DNA of 64,000 bases from an uncultured Gemmatimonadota bacterium (GTDB lineage Bacteria > JAAXHH01). Where the stretch lies: positions 3,168,001 through 3,232,000 of the forward strand of contig OX638340.1 of NCBI GenBank assembly GCA_951812955.1. The letters are read 5' to 3'. The notes under the pieces are model-generated. The model was not told where the DNA came from. It saw only the letters and a program-made list of their open reading frames with translations, and made no database searches. The position numbers and the translations under genes were made by a program. Positions 46,310-56,559 of the stretch are shown piece by piece; within the stretch, counting starts at the first letter, position 1; every line of letters begins with the position of its first letter.

Positions 46310-49300
46310 ATGGCGGAGCAGGCCAATCTGCGCCTGATCGACCCCGTGCGGGATGCCGCGGCAATCGCCGAGATGTGGAACGAGAGCGATCTCGAGTGGC
46401 CCGGTACGTGGAACGGCGGCGTGCCCGCGGCGGCGCGGGATTACCGGGACTGGCACGAACGGAATGAATGCACTGCGGTCTATGTGTGGGCGGAGGGGGA
46501 GAAGATCGGCGGATACTGTTCCCTGGTATACGACAAGGACGATGACGAAGCCCTGTACCTCGCTCTGCTGAACGTGTCACCGCGTTTCCAGGGCCGGAGC
46601 ATCGGCCGGCGGATGCTCGTCCGCTCGGTGGAGAGGACCATCGAGGACAAGAAGACCCACCTCGATCTCGATACCTGGTCGGGGAACGTGAAGGCGATGG
46701 CGCCATACAAGCGGACGGGTTTCTTCTGGGACGCCGAAGCCTGGCCGTTGATGCGCAATTATATGCCCGCGATCCTTTCCATGCCGTGCACTCGGTACTT
46801 CTTCGACCGGCACGACTGGTACGAATCCCTGCAGAGGTCGATCGAGCAGGTGCCCGACGAGGAAGAATGGGAGGGACTTCGCGTATTCACTTACCGTTTC
46901 GTCGCTCGAGGGAACCGCTCATCGTCGGACTGTGGTGGCGCCGCGGGCGGCGCCGGCCCCGGCGGCCTGACACCACCGTCCGATGGGGCCGCGTCTGCCG
47001 AAAACCGGGAGGAATTGACGGTCCGGGTGGACCGGGAGGCCCGGCACGTGACGGCGGTGGAGACGGCGGAGTTGGCTGCGTGTGCGACGGTTGACGACAT
47101 CGAGCCGGTGCGGGGCGGCCGGACCACCCTGCGGTGGAGATTGCAAAACCGTAAGGATAAACCGGTTACTTTCTGGTTGACGGCGAAGGAGTCTGGCGAC
47201 CTGTCCATCGACTTTCACCATCGGGAGACCTTAGGCCCAGGTGAGACGGCTATTCTGGAGGCGCCGGTCAGCGTATCGGAAAAGGCCGTGGCCGTGGACA
47301 GGGATAAAACCGCACCGAGGGTCCGCACGGAGATCCGTTGGGACGATCTTCCCATCGTGCTCGCCACGGGCATTCGTCCGCGGGTCGAGATGACTTTCTC
47401 CATTGATCCCGGGGAGATCACGCTGGCGCCCGGCACACCACAGCTTGTGCGCGTAATCCTACACAGCCAACTGCCCGATGACGTCGAAGCGCAGGTCCGT
47501 CTCACCGTCTCAGACGGGCTTTCTGTGGACCGAAGCGCACACTCCGTCGCGGTTCCCGCCCGGGGGTACGGCGGATTCGAAACGGTCATCGAGGCGGACA
47601 GCCAGGGCGTTTTCGAATTGATCCTTTCGGGACGGGTGGAATGGAAGGGCGGAACGGTCGACCTGGCGGATTCGAAACACGCCGTCTTCGCGTTGGAACC
47701 GGGCGGACTGCTGTGTCACCAGGACGGTGCGGTACGGTTCGAGAACGAGATTTTCAGGGCCACCCTGGAGGCCGGGGGCGGCCAGTTGAAGATCAGGGAC
47801 CGGGCTACCGGGGGGTATCTGGGTACGGAAGGCGCGCGCCCGATTCCGCCGAAGTGGCCCAGCGAATACAGCGAATCGGACTTCAGGCTGAAAGCCGAAA
47901 GGGACGGGCACGGTGTCGTTCTCACGGCGACCTATGCACCGAAGAAAACGCCCGGCCTAATCTTCAGCCGGATCATCCGGTTGAACGCCGGCCCGGTCAT
48001 ATCCGTGGAGCACAGGTTGGAGAATACCGGATTCGACCCCCGAACCTTTCGCCTCTACCAGTTCGTGACGAACGGGGGCGCTGAGCTTTCGACACTGACG
48101 TTGCCGTTCCCGGAAGGGATGCTGAGCGTGCCGTGCGCCGACCGTCCCGCGCCGGATGACTACGACTTCAAGCACGGTGATTCATTCGCTGAGCGGTGGG
48201 GCGCATTTGAAATGGCTCACGGGACCATCGGGGTCCTCTGGCCCGGCGACCTGGACGAGATCGAATGGAACGGGTACGAATACCAGTCGGTGAGCCGGGA
48301 GACGACCTGCGCGCCGCAGTCTCGGGTATCCATTGGCCAGCTTCGTCTCTTCGTCGGTGCCGATGGATGGCGGGGCGTGCGCCGAGTCTGGCAACGGACG
48401 AACGGGCACCAGGTCGACCAGACAGTTCCACTCCCGCCGATTCTGAACGAATTCGAGGTGTCAGTCGATCCACCGATGGCCGTGGTCACAGGGGAAGAGG
48501 CCGATATCCGGTTCCGCGTGAAGCAATGGAAGACCCGGAAGGCCAGCGGAACCGTCACGTTTTTCATGCCCGACGGCTGGCGCTGCGATCCCATGTGGTT
48601 TTCTTTCTCGGATATAGACTGGCAACGACCCTTCGAAGGTTCGGTGCGACTGTCCACTTCCCAACCCCCGGGTGTGTACAACGGCCGGATGTTACTCGAA
48701 GGCGGGGAGCGCAACGTCGAGGCCGAACTGCCCCTCGTCCGGCTGACCGACGGGTCGGCCGTGGAGGTCCACGATGTGGAAACCGCTGGCCACAGGGTGT
48801 ATACCCTTCGAAACCAGCGGCTCGAGATCGATGTAGCTCCTTCCTTCCTCGGTTCCGTGAGCGCTATCCGGGACGCGGGAGGCGAATGCAATCATCTGGC
48901 TACCGCCTTTCCGAAACCCAGTGCTTTCGGCTGGAGCTACCCCTGGTATGGCGGACTGCAGCCCGAGGTATCATTGGACCGCCTGTCATGGACTGCGTCA
49001 CTCGAAGGCGAGGGTTTCACCGTGGAAACCGTCTCGTGTGCAGACGCCCTCGGCACGGAATGGACGGGCCTGCGCCAGCGTGCGCCGTTGTCGAAAGAAG
49101 CATCCCGAGGCCTTACCCTGGAACTCGATACCCTGACCCTGGGGAACAGTCCGGTTGTCAAGCTGGTATGGAGGCTGGTCAACGAGGGCGATGCCCACCG
49201 GAATCTGAGCGGAGGATGGAATCTGTTTCTGCAGCCCGACGGCGAACTGGACGACACCGTCCTGTTCTCGGCGGACTACGAACGAAAACAGAATCCCTGG

Positions 49301-49546
49301 TATTGCGACCACCGTGCCGGATCATGGGCTGCCGCCGCCAACCCGCGCACCGGGAGGACTTTCATACTGGTGTCGCCAGGGAATGAAGTCCGAATGGAGA
49401 GTTGGGGCACAGATGGGGGACACCTGAAGCTCAAGAAGAAGCACGAGGTCCCCGCCAGGGGCCGCTCGGAGATGACCGCGTATCTCGTCCTTGCCGGCTC
49501 CAGGGAAGAAGCGCGCCGCTATGCGATATTGAAGGATCTGCCCTGA
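46310..49546 (+). CDS. Large protein with an N-terminal GNAT acetyltransferase domain fused to a ~900-aa C-terminal region of unknown function.
   Basis: An RBS AAGAGG precedes ATG 46310. GNAT motif A reads SPRFQGRSIGRRML. The remaining ~900 aa have no motif I recognise, and the many antisense ORFs across them are shadows. Confidence 0.6.
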   Translation: MAEQANLRLIDPVRDAAAIAEMWNESDLEWPGTWNGGVPAAARDYRDWHERNECTAVYVWAEGEKIGGYCSLVYDKDDDEALYLALLNVSPRFQGRSIGRRMLVRSVERTIEDKKTHLDLDTWSGNVKAMAPYKRTGFFWDAEAWPLMRNYMPAILSMPCTRYFFDRHDWYESLQRSIEQVPDEEEWEGLRVFTYRFVARGNRSSSDCGGAAGGAGPGGLTPPSDGAASAENREELTVRVDREARHVTAVETAELAACATVDDIEPVRGGRTTLRWRLQNRKDKPVTFWLTAKESGDLSIDFHHRETLGPGETAILEAPVSVSEKAVAVDRDKTAPRVRTEIRWDDLPIVLATGIRPRVEMTFSIDPGEITLAPGTPQLVRVILHSQLPDDVEAQVRLTVSDGLSVDRSAHSVAVPARGYGGFETVIEADSQGVFELILSGRVEWKGGTVDLADSKHAVFALEPGGLLCHQDGAVRFENEIFRATLEAGGGQLKIRDRATGGYLGTEGARPIPPKWPSEYSESDFRLKAERDGHGVVLTATYAPKKTPGLIFSRIIRLNAGPVISVEHRLENTGFDPRTFRLYQFVTNGGAELSTLTLPFPEGMLSVPCADRPAPDDYDFKHGDSFAERWGAFEMAHGTIGVLWPGDLDEIEWNGYEYQSVSRETTCAPQSRVSIGQLRLFVGADGWRGVRRVWQRTNGHQVDQTVPLPPILNEFEVSVDPPMAVVTGEEADIRFRVKQWKTRKASGTVTFFMPDGWRCDPMWFSFSDIDWQRPFEGSVRLSTSQPPGVYNGRMLLEGGERNVEAELPLVRLTDGSAVEVHDVETAGHRVYTLRNQRLEIDVAPSFLGSVSAIRDAGGECNHLATAFPKPSAFGWSYPWYGGLQPEVSLDRLSWTASLEGEGFTVETVSCADALGTEWTGLRQRAPLSKEASRGLTLELDTLTLGNSPVVKLVWRLVNEGDAHRNLSGGWNLFLQPDGELDDTVLFSADYERKQNPWYCDHRAGSWAAAANPRTGRTFILVSPGNEVRMESWGTDGGHLKLKKKHEVPARGRSEMTAYLVLAGSREEARRYAILKDLP

Positions 49547-49614
49547 TCCCGCGCCGGCCGTCGGGAATGTCCGGAAGCATGGTTCGGTCGGATCACATCA
49601 TCCGAATGGATGCT

Positions 49615-50415
49615 TCATCCCCCGAAACCGTTTGAGCCCCATAAATCCGGGTTTTCCGTCAGGATTTCGGGACCGTCAGACAGGATGGCTACCGTGTGTT
49701 CGAAGTGGGCGGATAACTTGCCGTCGGCGGTCGAAGTCGTCCATTCGTCGTCGAGAACCCGGATGCGGTGCGCACCCGCGCACACCATGGGTTCGATGGC
49801 GATGACCATGCCCGGCCTGAGTCGGATGCCGCGTTTCGGCCTGCCGTAATTTGGTACCTGCGGTTCCTCCCAGAGGCTGCGGCCGATCCCGTGTCCGCAT
49901 AATTCCCGCACCACGGAAAACCCGTGGGATTCCGCGTGTTTCTGCACCGCGTGGCCGATGTCGCCGATTCGATTCCCCGGCTTCGCTTCCTCAATCCCCT
50001 TGTACACCGAAGCTCTCGTGACGTCCAGCAACCGCTGCGCCTCGGGTGAAATACGGCCGACGGGGAAGGTAAAGGCCGTGTCGCCGTGGTATTCATCGAT
50101 GATCACGGCGAAGTCGAGACTGAGGATGTCCCCTTCCTCGACCGTCCGCCGCGGGCTGGGGATTCCATGCACGATCTCCTCATTGATGGACGCGCATATC
50201 GTGGCGGGAAAGGGCGGATGGAAGGTGGGCCTGTATCCCAGGAAGGAGGAAGTGGCTTCGTAGCCCCCAATCATCTTACGGGCGATTTGGTCCAGTTCGG
50301 ACGTGGCGACGCCCGGCTTGACGGCTTCACCCATGCGTTGCAGCGTTGCGGTCGCGGCCTGGCCGCTTCGCCTTATGGTCTCGATCTGTTTTTCAGTCTT
50401 GAGAATAACGCCCAT
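49615..50415 (-). CDS. map: Methionine aminopeptidase, type I.
   Basis: The protein reads MGVILKTEKQIETIRRSG...DFAVIIDEYHGDTAFTF...HGIG...IEPMV. The metal ligands are in canonical positions. Confidence 0.9.
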   Translation of the reverse strand: MGVILKTEKQIETIRRSGQAATATLQRMGEAVKPGVATSELDQIARKMIGGYEATSSFLGYRPTFHPPFPATICASINEEIVHGIPSPRRTVEEGDILSLDFAVIIDEYHGDTAFTFPVGRISPEAQRLLDVTRASVYKGIEEAKPGNRIGDIGHAVQKHAESHGFSVVRELCGHGIGRSLWEEPQVPNYGRPKRGIRLRPGMVIAIEPMVCAGAHRIRVLDDEWTTSTADGKLSAHFEHTVAILSDGPEILTENPDLWGSNGFGG

Positions 50416-50456
50416 AGCCTGAATCCGGATGACATACAATGGGAAACAATGTGCTC

Positions 50457-50506
50457 GTTACGATGCTCGTAGCGCCCGGGTATGCGATGCTCGTAGCGCC
50501 CGGGTA
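50457..50506. repeat. Intergenic tandem duplication of a 24-bp unit (gatgctcgtagcgcccgggtatgc), two copies.
   Basis: Copies lie at 50457-50480 and 50483-50506, just upstream of the map start. Confidence 0.8.
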
Positions 50507-50797
50507 TGCACTCGAAAGGCATGATCCGGAACGCCCCAAGCAAAATACAGGAGAAAGGGATGAAGTCAAGCGCATTCAGCCGGGGCTTTGAATCGACGCG
50601 CGAGCGGTTCCACACGGCCTGAAGACGTCCGAGGATCACGCGTAGACCGCGCCGCTTCCTGATGCTGGCGCCGCGCTGCCGCTCCCTTAAATATCTTGTC
50701 CCGTTCACCGGCGGCGTGTATGTTCAGTCGCGGGGAATCACCCTGTTGATTGCGGCCGTCAAGACTTTGTAGCGTGTAAACCAGACACCAGGAGTAA

Positions 50798-51805
50798 GTG
50801 AATAGTATTATGGACCAATCAGCTCTCAACGAAGCGCCCGCGAGAAAGTGGCTGACCTACCGCCCTGAGATCAAGCTCATAGACTGCACGATACGGGACG
50901 GCGGCCTGATGAACGACCACCGTTTCGACGCGGATACGGTCAGGGCGGTCTACCGGGCCTGTGTCGCCGGCGGGATCGACTACATGGAAATCGGTTATAT
51001 CAACTCACGGCAGATCTTTTCCCCCGATGAGCACGGACCCTGGAAGTTCTGTGCCGAAGAGGATATCCGGGGCATCGTGGGCGACAACGACACACCGCTC
51101 AAACTTGCGGCCATGGCCGACGCGGAGAAGTCGGACTACAAGACCGACATTCTGCCTGCCGAGGACAGCGTGCTGGACATGATTCGCATCGCTACCTACA
51201 TACATCAGATCCCCCTTGCGCTGGACATGATCCAGGACGCCCACGACAAGGGCTATGAGACCACACTGAACCTGATGGCGGCATCGACGGTGCCCGAAAG
51301 CGAGATCGACGAGGCGCTTGCCATGCTGGCCGAATCCCAGGTCGGCGCCGTCTACGTGGTGGACAGTTTCGGCGCGCTGTACAGCGAACAGGTCGAAGCG
51401 CTCGTGGACAAGTTCCTGAACGCCCTGCAATCCACCGACAAGCAGGTGGGCATCCACGCCCACAACAACCAGCAACTGGCCTTCGCCAATACCATCCAGG
51501 CGCTGATCCGCGGAGCGAACTACCTGGACGCCAGCCTTGCAGGCCTTGGCCGTGGTGCGGGCAACTGCCCCATGGAACTGATCGTCGGGTTTCTTCACAA
51601 TCCGAAGTTCCGCCTGCGTCCGTTGCTGGAATGCATACAGTACGATGTCGAACCGATGCGGGCCGATCTGATGTGGGGATTCGATATTCCTTATATGATT
51701 ACGGGCCTTATGAACCAGCATCCCCGGTCGGGCATGCGGTTCAACGCGGCGAAGGAGCGGGGCAGCATGGCCAGGTTCTACGACGAGATGGAGGACGCCG
51801 GCTGA
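50798..51805 (+). CDS. DRE-TIM metallolyase (HMGL-like / 4-hydroxy-2-oxovalerate aldolase-like pyruvate carboxyltransferase domain).
   Basis: LIDCTIRDGG (the DxxLRDG motif) and HAHNN (H-x-H) are present. GTG 50798 or ATG 50810 could be the start. Confidence 0.7.
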   Translation: MNSIMDQSALNEAPARKWLTYRPEIKLIDCTIRDGGLMNDHRFDADTVRAVYRACVAGGIDYMEIGYINSRQIFSPDEHGPWKFCAEEDIRGIVGDNDTPLKLAAMADAEKSDYKTDILPAEDSVLDMIRIATYIHQIPLALDMIQDAHDKGYETTLNLMAASTVPESEIDEALAMLAESQVGAVYVVDSFGALYSEQVEALVDKFLNALQSTDKQVGIHAHNNQQLAFANTIQALIRGANYLDASLAGLGRGAGNCPMELIVGFLHNPKFRLRPLLECIQYDVEPMRADLMWGFDIPYMITGLMNQHPRSGMRFNAAKERGSMARFYDEMEDAG

Positions 51806-51879
51806 CTGTCATTGGATCCTGCTTACTGGCAAGTCCCGTTTTATAGCCCGGCACACCGGCACCGGAATTCAACCTTACC

Positions 51880-53163
51880 GTGAGCTCAATGGTCACCGCG
51901 CTCGAACTGCGTATCGTGGAAAAGGTAGACGCCCTCCGCGAAGACATGCTTGCGTTTTTGCGGGAACTGATACGTATACCCTCGGTGAATCCGCCGGGTG
52001 ACGAATACCTGCCCTGCGCCCGGCTGGTGGACGATGGGTTGACGGCGCTTGGTTTCGAAACCCGCTTCGTGACCGACGAGCAACATCCGGATCATTCACC
52101 GGAACGGCCCAGGGTAAATGTGGTGGGCAGGCTTCCCGGCCGGTCGGCGATGCCCACGCTGCATTTCAACGGGCATACCGACGTGGTGCCTCCCGGTGAG
52201 CACTGGACGGTCGATCCCTTTGAAGGCGTGGTGAAGAACGGCAGGATCTACGGCCGTGGCGCTTGTGATATGAAGGGCGGTATCGCCGCTGCGCTTTTCG
52301 CGGCGGCGGCGGTGCGTGAAGCCGGCGTAAACCTGCACGGAAGCCTCGAATTCAGCGCCACGGTGGACGAGGAGACCGGCGGGTACGCGGGTATGGACGT
52401 TCTCGCCCGCAAAGGCCTGATTGCACCGGAACGGACTTCGTACGTCATCATTCCCGAGCCCTTCGGACCGGGCCGGATCTGCCTGGGGCACCGGGGCGTC
52501 TACTGGTTCCGTATCGATACGACGGGCCGGACCGCCCATGGCAGCATGCCCTTCCTGGGCGTCAGCGCCATCAGCCAGATGGAGCGAGTTTTGGGACGGG
52601 TGGAATCCGGGCTGATACCGGACCTTCAGACGCGTGTCACGGATATGCCCGTCGATCCTCCCGAGGCTCGCCGCGCCACGATCAACGTAAACGGGATTAC
52701 CGGCGGTCAGCCGGTCGAGGGGGTTGGTTCGCCGTGCGTCGCCGACCGGTGCTCCGCCGTGTTCGATCGCAGGTTTTTGAAAGAGGAATCCTTTGACGAC
52801 GTTAAAGGGGAGATTCAAGTCCTGATCGGCGAACTGACCGAGGCGGACCGGGATTTCTACGCGGAGCTGACCGACCTGATGATCGTTCACCCGGTTGAGA
52901 CCGACCGGAACGCCGAACTGGTGCGGACGGCCGCTCAAACGATCGAGGACCTCCTGGGCACGCCCGCGGATCTCGTGGCCAGTCCAGGCACCTATGACCA
53001 CAAACACGTGCGCAATACGGGAGGTGTAAAGCAGTGTATAGCCTATGGCCCCGGACTGCTGCATCTCGCCCACCAGCCCGACGAATACTGCGAGATCGAT
53101 CATCTTTTGAAGAGTTGCAAGGTCATGGCGCTCACCGCGGTCCGTTTGCTTGGCGCAGACTGA
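51880..53163 (+). CDS. M20-family metallopeptidase (ArgE/DapE/acetylornithine deacetylase-like).
   Basis: It has HFNGHTDVVP, GRGACDMKGG and EETGG, the M20 metal and active-site motifs. Confidence 0.85.
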   Translation: MSSMVTALELRIVEKVDALREDMLAFLRELIRIPSVNPPGDEYLPCARLVDDGLTALGFETRFVTDEQHPDHSPERPRVNVVGRLPGRSAMPTLHFNGHTDVVPPGEHWTVDPFEGVVKNGRIYGRGACDMKGGIAAALFAAAAVREAGVNLHGSLEFSATVDEETGGYAGMDVLARKGLIAPERTSYVIIPEPFGPGRICLGHRGVYWFRIDTTGRTAHGSMPFLGVSAISQMERVLGRVESGLIPDLQTRVTDMPVDPPEARRATINVNGITGGQPVEGVGSPCVADRCSAVFDRRFLKEESFDDVKGEIQVLIGELTEADRDFYAELTDLMIVHPVETDRNAELVRTAAQTIEDLLGTPADLVASPGTYDHKHVRNTGGVKQCIAYGPGLLHLAHQPDEYCEIDHLLKSCKVMALTAVRLLGAD

Positions 53164-53176
53164 AAAGGAAGAAACG

Positions 53177-54334
53177 ATGGAATTCGAACTGAGCGGCGAC
53201 CAGGTCATGATGCGGGACACCGCCCGCCGGATCGCCGAGGAGAAATTGAAGCCCCACGCGCGAGACATCGACGAGCGCGAGGCGGTGCACCTGGAAACGA
53301 TCCGCGAACTCGGCGAGATGGGCTTCATGGCCATGATGGTTCCCGAGGAATACGGCGGCGCGGGCCTGGATACGGTCAGCTACGCACTGGCCGTTGAGGA
53401 GTTTTCCCGGGTCTGCGCGTCGACCGGCGTTTGCGTCTCGGTCAACAACTCCCTTTTCGCCGACGGCGTCTTTGCCTTCGGGTCCGAAGCACAGCGGAAG
53501 GCCTACCTGCCGCCGCTGGGTTGCGGCCACGCGCAGGCCTGTCTCGCGCTGACCGAGCCCGGCGCCGGGACCGATGTCGGCTCGACCGCCACGTCGGCCT
53601 TGAAGGACGGCGCGGATTATGTCATCAACGGCAAGAAGCATTTCGTGACCAACGGCGGTTTCGCGGACTACCTGCTCGTCCTGGTGACCACCGACCCGGG
53701 AACGGGCCACCGCGGCCTGAGTATGCTCCTCGTTGAAAAGGGCACGCCGGGGTTCGCCGTCGGTCGCCAGGAACAGAAGCTCGGGATCCGGGGATCGGAT
53801 ACCAGCGAACTGTTATTCGAGGATTGCCGCGTGCCGCAGACTAATCTACTGGGAGAGGAAGGCCGGGGCCTCAACCTCGCGCTCTCGATCCTGAACGGCG
53901 GCCGTATCGGTATCGCGGCGCAGGCCCTGGGCATAGCGCAGGGGGCCTACGACGCCTCCGTGCGGTACGCGAAGGAAAGGACCCAGTTCGGCAAGCCCAT
54001 CGCCGGGTTTCAGGCGATCGCCTTCAAACTGGCCGAGATGGCCACCGAACTCGAAGCGGCCCGTCTCATGACCTACAAGGCCGCGTGGCTGAAAGATGCC
54101 GGAAGGGACTACATCACGGCATCGTCCATGGCCAAGCTCTACGCGTCGGAGGCCTCTATTCGAATCACGAACGAAGCCATCCAGATCCACGGTGGTTACG
54201 GCTATATTCGTGACTTCGACGTGGAGCGATTCTACCGGGACGCGCGGATCACCACCCTTTACGAAGGTACCTCGGAAGCCCAGAAAATCGTCATCTCCCG
54301 CAATATCCTGAAGGCGGACGGCGCCGGTTCCTAG
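53177..54334 (+). CDS. Acyl-CoA dehydrogenase.
   Basis: An RBS AAAAGGAAG precedes ATG 53177. The protein has ACAD motifs (…ALTEPGAGTDVGS…, …IHGGYGY…) and a C-terminal YEGTSEAQ motif. Confidence 0.9.
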   Translation: MEFELSGDQVMMRDTARRIAEEKLKPHARDIDEREAVHLETIRELGEMGFMAMMVPEEYGGAGLDTVSYALAVEEFSRVCASTGVCVSVNNSLFADGVFAFGSEAQRKAYLPPLGCGHAQACLALTEPGAGTDVGSTATSALKDGADYVINGKKHFVTNGGFADYLLVLVTTDPGTGHRGLSMLLVEKGTPGFAVGRQEQKLGIRGSDTSELLFEDCRVPQTNLLGEEGRGLNLALSILNGGRIGIAAQALGIAQGAYDASVRYAKERTQFGKPIAGFQAIAFKLAEMATELEAARLMTYKAAWLKDAGRDYITASSMAKLYASEASIRITNEAIQIHGGYGYIRDFDVERFYRDARITTLYEGTSEAQKIVISRNILKADGAGS

Positions 54335-54404
54335 ACCGGGCGGTCCGTCCTTCGTTAGTAACGTGGGGATCCGTCCTGGCCCCATTGTGACCCATTGTTT
54401 TGCC

Positions 54405-54437
54405 TTGACAACCTACCAAACAAGTGTATGGTATATT
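54405..54437 (+). promoter_or_regulatory. Putative sigma-70 promoter upstream of the topoisomerase operon.
   Basis: TTGACA (54405-54410) is followed by TATATT at 54432-54437 with a 21-nt spacer. The local 200 bp are AT-rich in a GC-rich genome. Confidence 0.3.
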
Positions 54438-54558
54438 GACACTTACGTTTGCTGGCCATATATTGTGTCAATTAGATGGTTCAACACGACATGTTCTAAT
54501 ACCGGCGTGGTGTTGGATGTGTCTTGCGTCCTGATCTATTGCTACGGAGAAAGAAACC

Positions 54559-56553
54559 ATGGCGACCCGGAACGGTTCCGGCAACGGGAAGGATCTCCAT
54601 ACACAACTCGACTTGCTGACGCAATCTGACGACGCGGCGGGCGCCGGGTCCAGGAACGGAAACGGACCGCGCGACGGAGGTGCGCCTGAGAACGGAAACG
54701 TTGTCGAGGCAGACAGCGGTGCGCGGTCTGCCGGGGACGGTGGAACACCAGCCGCTGCAGACGCCGCCGTCTACGACGAAAGCAAGGTCAAGACCCTTTC
54801 GTCGCTGGAACACATCAGGCTGCGGACCGGCATGTACATCGGCCGGCTCGGCAGCGGCAGCGACCAGGAGGACGGCATCTACGTGCTCCTGAAGGAAGTG
54901 ATCGACAACGCCGTAGACGAGTTCATCATGGGGCACGGCCGGAAGATCGACGTGAACATCGAAGACAACCGCGTCCGCGTCCGCGACTTCGGCCGCGGGA
55001 TCCCCCTGGGCAAGGTCGTGGAATGCACCTCGATCATCAACACGGGGGCCAAGTACAACGACGAGGTATTCCAATTCAGCGTGGGGCTGAACGGCGTGGG
55101 CGCCAAGGCGGTCAACGCCCTTTCCGTCAATTTCAGGGTCGTGGCCTATCGTGACGGCCGCTTCGCGGAGGCGGTCTACGAGCGGGGGCGGCTGCTCGGC
55201 CAGAACGAGGGCGGTGCGGACGAACCGGACGGTACCTACGTGGAATTCCTGCCCGACGAGGAGATCTTCGGGGAATACGCTTACCAGACGGACTATGTCG
55301 AACGACGCATGTGGAACTACGCCTGCCTGAACAGCGGCCTCCGCATGATCTTCAACAAGAAGCGTTTCGTATCCCGGTACGGGCTGCTGGATTTCCTGAA
55401 GGCCGAGGTAGGGGACAACATCCTTTATGAACCCTCCTACCACAAGAGCCAGTACATCGAGTTCTCCTTCACCCACACCACCAACTACGGCGAGACGCTC
55501 TTCTCCTTCGTGAACGGCCAGTACACCGCGGACGGAGGGTCCCATCAGAGCGCATTCCGAGAAGGCATACTCAAGGGCGTCAACGAGTATTTCAAGAAGA
55601 GCTACGGCGGAGTGGATGTGCGGGAGTCCATCGCGGGGGCCATCGCCATCAAGCTCAAGGATCCGATTTTCGAGTCCCAGACCAAGAACAAGCTGGGCAA
55701 TACAGAGATCAGGGGCTGGCTGGTTTCGGAAATCCGCAGCGCCGTGGTGGACTTCCTCCATAAAAACCAGGAGCCCGCCCAGAAGATCCAGGACAAGATC
55801 ACCCAGAACGAGCGCCTCCGGAAAGAACTGAACGCGGTCAAGAAGGAAGCCCGGGAGGCGGCACGGCGCATCGCCATCAAGATCCCCAACTTCAAGGACT
55901 GCAAGTACCACTTCGGCCACGCCAAATACGGCGAGGATTCCTCCATCTTCATCACCGAGGGGCCGTCGGCCGCCGGTTCGATGGTTTCGGCGCGGGACCC
56001 GCTGACCCAGGCGATATTCGGGTTGAAGGGCGTGCCGCTGAACGTTTTCTCCCGCACCCGGGCGGCCATTTACAAGAATGAAGAGCTGTACAACCTCATG
56101 ATGGCCCTCGGCATCGAGGACGGGATGTCCAACCTGCGTTTCAACAAGGTAATCATCGCGACGGACGCCGACTACGACGGCTACCACATACGAAACCTCC
56201 TGATGACCTTCTTCCTGAGCTACTTCGAGGATCTGGTGCTCGCCGGCCACGTCCACATCCTGGAAACGCCGCTCTTCCGGGTCCGCAACACGAAGGAAAC
56301 CGTTTACTGCTACAGCGAGAAGGAACGCAACGCCGCCCTCGATCGTATCCGGAGCGCCGAGGTGACCCGGTTCAAGGGCCTGGGCGAGATCTCGCCGGGA
56401 GAGTTCGGCCAGTTCATCGGTTCCGACATGCGGCTCGTGAAGGTCAACGTCCGTTCCATCCACAGCATACCGGACACCCTCACCTTCTACATGGGCAAGA
56501 ACACGCCCGAGCGCAGGGATTACATCGTGGAAAACCTGCTGGACGAAGTATAG
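54559..56553 (+). CDS. Type IIA topoisomerase B subunit (ParE/GyrB family).
   Basis: It has the GHKL ATPase (…EVIDNAVDE…, GLNGVGAK) and TOPRIM (…IITEGPSAAGS…, DADYDGYHI) motifs. It also has an unusual ~75-aa Gly/Asn/Asp-rich N-terminal extension. Confidence 0.85.
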   Translation: MATRNGSGNGKDLHTQLDLLTQSDDAAGAGSRNGNGPRDGGAPENGNVVEADSGARSAGDGGTPAAADAAVYDESKVKTLSSLEHIRLRTGMYIGRLGSGSDQEDGIYVLLKEVIDNAVDEFIMGHGRKIDVNIEDNRVRVRDFGRGIPLGKVVECTSIINTGAKYNDEVFQFSVGLNGVGAKAVNALSVNFRVVAYRDGRFAEAVYERGRLLGQNEGGADEPDGTYVEFLPDEEIFGEYAYQTDYVERRMWNYACLNSGLRMIFNKKRFVSRYGLLDFLKAEVGDNILYEPSYHKSQYIEFSFTHTTNYGETLFSFVNGQYTADGGSHQSAFREGILKGVNEYFKKSYGGVDVRESIAGAIAIKLKDPIFESQTKNKLGNTEIRGWLVSEIRSAVVDFLHKNQEPAQKIQDKITQNERLRKELNAVKKEAREAARRIAIKIPNFKDCKYHFGHAKYGEDSSIFITEGPSAAGSMVSARDPLTQAIFGLKGVPLNVFSRTRAAIYKNEELYNLMMALGIEDGMSNLRFNKVIIATDADYDGYHIRNLLMTFFLSYFEDLVLAGHVHILETPLFRVRNTKETVYCYSEKERNAALDRIRSAEVTRFKGLGEISPGEFGQFIGSDMRLVKVNVRSIHSIPDTLTFYMGKNTPERRDYIVENLLDEV

Positions 56554-56559
56554 GACCCC

